The position numbers were made by a program, and so were the translations under genes. This document shows positions 60,994 through 64,000 of a stretch of DNA of 64,000 nt, one piece after another (within the stretch, counting starts at the first letter, position 1; each line of letters starts with the position of its first letter). The notes below the pieces were generated by a model, which saw only the letters and a program-made list of their open reading frames with translations, was not told where the DNA came from and made no database searches. This DNA comes from Patescibacteria group bacterium. GTDB lineage: Bacteria; Patescibacteriota; WWE3; UBA101185; 2-01-FULL-41-18. The stretch is from assembly GCA_038064575.1 (NCBI GenBank), contig JBBTST010000008.1:2458-66457 (forward strand), written 5' to 3'.

Positions 60994-62148
60994 TTAAAGC
61001 TGCCTTGTGGATAAAGCAAGCTTTTGATTTGACCCATCAACCATAGTAACAATAGCTTCCACATGTTCTCCCTCTTTGAGGGGTCCTGCCGCCTCAGAAA
61101 CATGAATCAACCCATCAAGCCCTTTCTCTAAATTAACAAAGGCACCAAAGGGTACAACCTTAGTCACTATACCTGAAACTTTTGTACCTACAGGATATTT
61201 TTCATCAACAGTTTCCCAGGGATTTTTGGTAAGCCTCTTAACACTCAATGCAAGCTTGCCTGCCTCTTTATCACATGATAAAACTAGGACTTTTATTTTA
61301 TCCCCAACTGAAAAATATTTGCTTGGGTGGCTAACTTTTTCCCAAGCAATCTCGCTAATATGCACAAGCCCTTCGATACCATCAACATCAACAAAAACTC
61401 CAAAAGGCATAACACCGGTCACCAACCCATCAAGAGTTGACCCGTCTTTGATTTCAGAGAGCTTTTTTCTGCGGGATTCTTCATCAACCCCGGACTTGGC
61501 ATCTTTTTCTGATAGCACAAGCCTGTTTTTCTCCTGGTCTACTTCAATTACCTTTACTCTTAAAATTCTTCCTGATAAGAAGGATAGTTTCTCTTTAAGT
61601 TCAGCCTCACTTCCTGCTGCAAATTTCCCTTCATTTTCTGCAAAATAACCCTTATCAAGATGTGAAAGGGGAATAAAACCCCTTAAACCAAGGCAATCTA
61701 CTAAAAGTCCACCTTTATTGTACTCAATCACCTTAACTTCAAAAGGAGAGCCTTGTTTCATCCCATCTTCAAGATCTTTCCATCTTCTTTCTTTTTCTGC
61801 TTTTCTAAGTGAAAGCACTATATAGCCCTGATCATTTTCCGCTTGCACAACTTTGGCAACAATTGTATCCCCGGGTTTGTAATTTTTGTAGGAGCCCTCT
61901 TCATCAAGATTCATTCCGTTTATAATGCCTTCAGCCTTAGCTCCAACATCTACAAGAATTTCCCTGTTTGAAACAGACACTACTATCCCCTCAACAAGCT
62001 CCTGAGGCTTAAAAAGTTTGATTGCAATTTTGTGCTTATCCAACAGCTTATACATCGGATGATCTGTCTTTGCTGTAGTTGTTAACATGGAACTTTTTGT
62101 CATAGCAGCAAAGATTTTACATGAAGAAGGCCTGTTTAACAACTCCAA
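60994..62148 (-). CDS. rpsA: 30S ribosomal protein S1 (four S1 domains)
   Basis: Repeated S1 OB-fold motifs ('GIVVSVSNREILVDVG', 'GDTIVAKVV', 'GRILRVKVIEVD', 'GLVTGVMPFGVFVDV', 'GIVTKVVPFGAFVNL'). Confidence 0.7.
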   Translation of the reverse strand: MELLNRPSSCKIFAAMTKSSMLTTTAKTDHPMYKLLDKHKIAIKLFKPQELVEGIVVSVSNREILVDVGAKAEGIINGMNLDEEGSYKNYKPGDTIVAKVVQAENDQGYIVLSLRKAEKERRWKDLEDGMKQGSPFEVKVIEYNKGGLLVDCLGLRGFIPLSHLDKGYFAENEGKFAAGSEAELKEKLSFLSGRILRVKVIEVDQEKNRLVLSEKDAKSGVDEESRRKKLSEIKDGSTLDGLVTGVMPFGVFVDVDGIEGLVHISEIAWEKVSHPSKYFSVGDKIKVLVLSCDKEAGKLALSVKRLTKNPWETVDEKYPVGTKVSGIVTKVVPFGAFVNLEKGLDGLIHVSEAAGPLKEGEHVEAIVTMVDGSNQKLALSTRQL

Positions 62149-62543
62149 AATGACGCGAGAATAAGTGAGAGCTTTTCATTCAGCAAAAGCTCTCACAGAT
62201 CGAGGGCTATGACATTGTCTGTTAATGGCTTTGTGGAAAAGTACAGAGGAAAAATCGAATCCGACGAGCAGTCAGAAACCCCTGTAGACAAGGCTGTAAA
62301 ATTTCTAAATGGAATCAAGCCAACAATACTTGAAGAAGTAAAATCCTTTTCAAAAACCTTTGATGAAGGAAAACTAAAAGCAATGAAGCTTATGCATAAC
62401 GGTTGGTAGAAGAAGATAAAATACTCCTTGGGGAACCCGGAAAACTACTCGTTCTTGCCAACGACTTAAGAAACGAAACTATTTAACTCGTTTTAGGAAA
62501 AAACTAATAGCAGACACTTATATCCGTCATTTTTTATTGGCAA

Positions 62544-62665
62544 AGTCCCGGCGACGCCCTATTCTCACATGGAGTTGCCCCCACACTACCTTCGGCACTG
62601 GTGGTCTTAACTTCTCTGTTCGGGATGGGAAGAGGTGTTACCCCACCGCTATTGTCACCAGGACT
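62544..62665 (-). rRNA. 5S rRNA
   Basis: Reverse complement ...CCTGGTGACAATAGCGGTGGGGTAACACCTCTTCCCATCCCGAACAGAGAAGTTAAGACCACCAGTGCCGAAGGTAGTGTGGGG... aligns to bacterial 5S helices. Confidence 0.85.
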
Positions 62666-62985
62666 TTGCCAACAAAATTCAAAACTAATTATTATCCTAA
62701 ACAATTCTCAAGGTAAACCCGCGCCAAACGCGGGCTGCAATCATAAAAAGAAAAACATTCATTAGTACGGCTTAGCTGAAACCATTACTGGTCTTACACC
62801 TGCCGCCTATCAACCTCGTAGTCTCCAAGGGAATGTTAACGTCTTGCGACGTATAGGTTCTAATCTTGGGGTGTGCTTCGTACTTAGATGCTTTCAGTGC
62901 TTATCACGACCGAATGTAGCTACCCAGCCATGCTCCTGGCGGAACAACTGGAACACTAGAGATTCGTCCGCTCCGGTCCTCTCGT

Positions 62986-63743
62986 CAACTATTCTTCTAT
63001 CACTAGAAGGTTAGACTATATCTTCACCCAATTTATAACTTTATGGAAACTAAATTGGGGTTGGCGTATTACCTGTTTATTTCAACAAGTCCTCTGTGTA
63101 AAAGTGCGACTCTTACAAAGAAAGTCGTTACGGGGTCAGACCTAAAATTTGATATAACTCGCTTTTTGATCTCTTATATCTTGTCGAGTAGTTTTGCCTT
63201 TGAATCTCAAGCATATTACTCACAAGAAATTTAAGATCATTTTCAGACAGGTGTTTCTTTGTATTTAGTAAAGCACAGGAGGATAATAATACCTCCGCCT
63301 GAACCTTTTTAAACCGTAGATAGGGGACTAAAAGCTGGAGTATTGTATAAGTACTTCCATAACCATTAATCCTTAATTCTGTCATACCATCATTTCTCTG
63401 GGATAGGTAACCAACTCCAAGAATATGCTTAATCCATTTGAGATATTTTTCATGAGATGTTTTTTGATAAAAACATATAGTACTCATGAATCTAATACCC
63501 TTTTTAGAATCAGCACGCTTCTTTAATTGGAGCATTAAGCTACCATCTCCGTCAAGAAAACCAGCGATATATGAATAATCAATTTCAGATCGACTTCCCA
63601 CGGTATTATCTTATCAGACTTCGGTCCTCAAGTGGACCAATTAAACGTTAGCTTCAGGACCGAACACTAACATTAATCAGAAAGACTTCACCGTTATTAG
63701 CCAAATTGTCATCGCAGATTACTCCGCGAAGTAGCAATTTCTT
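62986..63743 (-). mobile_element. Group I intron in the 23S rRNA sarcin-ricin loop region (about E. coli U2656/A2657)
   Basis: The 5' exon ends ...CUCCUAGU (U before the splice site). The intron ends in G. Joined exons give CUCCUAGUACGAGAGGACC, identical to the conserved 23S sequence. The intron contains the LAGLIDADG ORF. Confidence 0.6.
63128..63601 (-). CDS. LAGLIDADG homing endonuclease (single-motif) encoded within the intron
   Basis: 'YIAGFLDGDGSLMLQL' is a LAGLIDADG motif. 157 aa. Confidence 0.8.
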   Translation of the reverse strand: MGSRSEIDYSYIAGFLDGDGSLMLQLKKRADSKKGIRFMSTICFYQKTSHEKYLKWIKHILGVGYLSQRNDGMTELRINGYGSTYTILQLLVPYLRFKKVQAEVLLSSCALLNTKKHLSENDLKFLVSNMLEIQRQNYSTRYKRSKSELYQILGLTP

Positions 63744-64000
63744 ACTAGGAGCAGCTCCCCTCAAAACCTTGCGCCCGTTGTGGATAGAGACCGACATTTT
63801 TGTTACTTCTTACTTAGTAAAAGTAAGCGGTTAACCATTTCTAGTTTTGGTTAAACTCTCCCAATCGCTTGGGGGATCCGACCATATCTTCATAGTTGTT
63901 AAGGTCATAGTAAATACTCTGTTGTGTTCGTATTTAAACTTTAACAAAATGTTTAGCGTATGGCCTGTGAGGATTTTCATACTAAAAGCATGAATCTTTC

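Larger units (their letters stand above)
62765..64000 (-). rRNA. 23S rRNA, 3' portion (continues beyond window), interrupted by a group I intron
   Basis: Exon sequences match 23S domain VI. Examples are GACGAGAGGACCGGAGCGGAC, GCTGAAAGCATCTAAG, and 5' exon ...CGGGCGCAAGGTTTTGAGGGGAGCTGCTCCTAGT. Confidence 0.85.

Overview
This is a 64-kb fragment of a low-GC (about 35-40%) bacterial chromosome with two GC-rich blocks (about 50-58% GC) at roughly 14.6-29.4 kb and 48.5-52.6 kb. The combination of tiny tRNA/rRNA-linked features, a 23S rRNA interrupted by a group I intron encoding a LAGLIDADG endonuclease, many membrane glycosyltransferase-like proteins with TPR tails, and abundant toxin-antitoxin pairs resembles Patescibacteria/CPR-type genomes (inference; no database search was possible).

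Housekeeping genes are recognisable by motif: leuS (with an odd Cys-rich insertion), a PAS protein / histidine kinase / CheY-like regulator trio, an ArsR regulator, obg, an M23/LysM peptidase, rho (with a Q/G/Y-rich N-terminal insert), a sortase with an LPXTG substrate, and a clpC-radA-yacL block. Other housekeeping: rpsA, 5S rRNA, a partial 23S rRNA, tRNA-Ala(CGC), tRNA-Ala(GGC) and tRNA-Arg(TCT). The genetic code appears standard: TGA/TAA/TAG terminate conserved genes.

Accessory content:
- At least five type II toxin-antitoxin-like pairs, one with a nonsense-mutated RelE.
- A DUF4143-type AAA+ ATPase.
- A gene-poor GC-rich island with a four-copy ~55-nt intergenic repeat family.
- A second GC-rich island (48.5-52.6 kb) encoding a highly divergent tubulin/FtsZ-like protein with three small membrane proteins and a lipoprotein. 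This is the strongest candidate for an undescribed system.
- A ~158-nt tRNA-like structured element between tRNA-Arg and a terminator.
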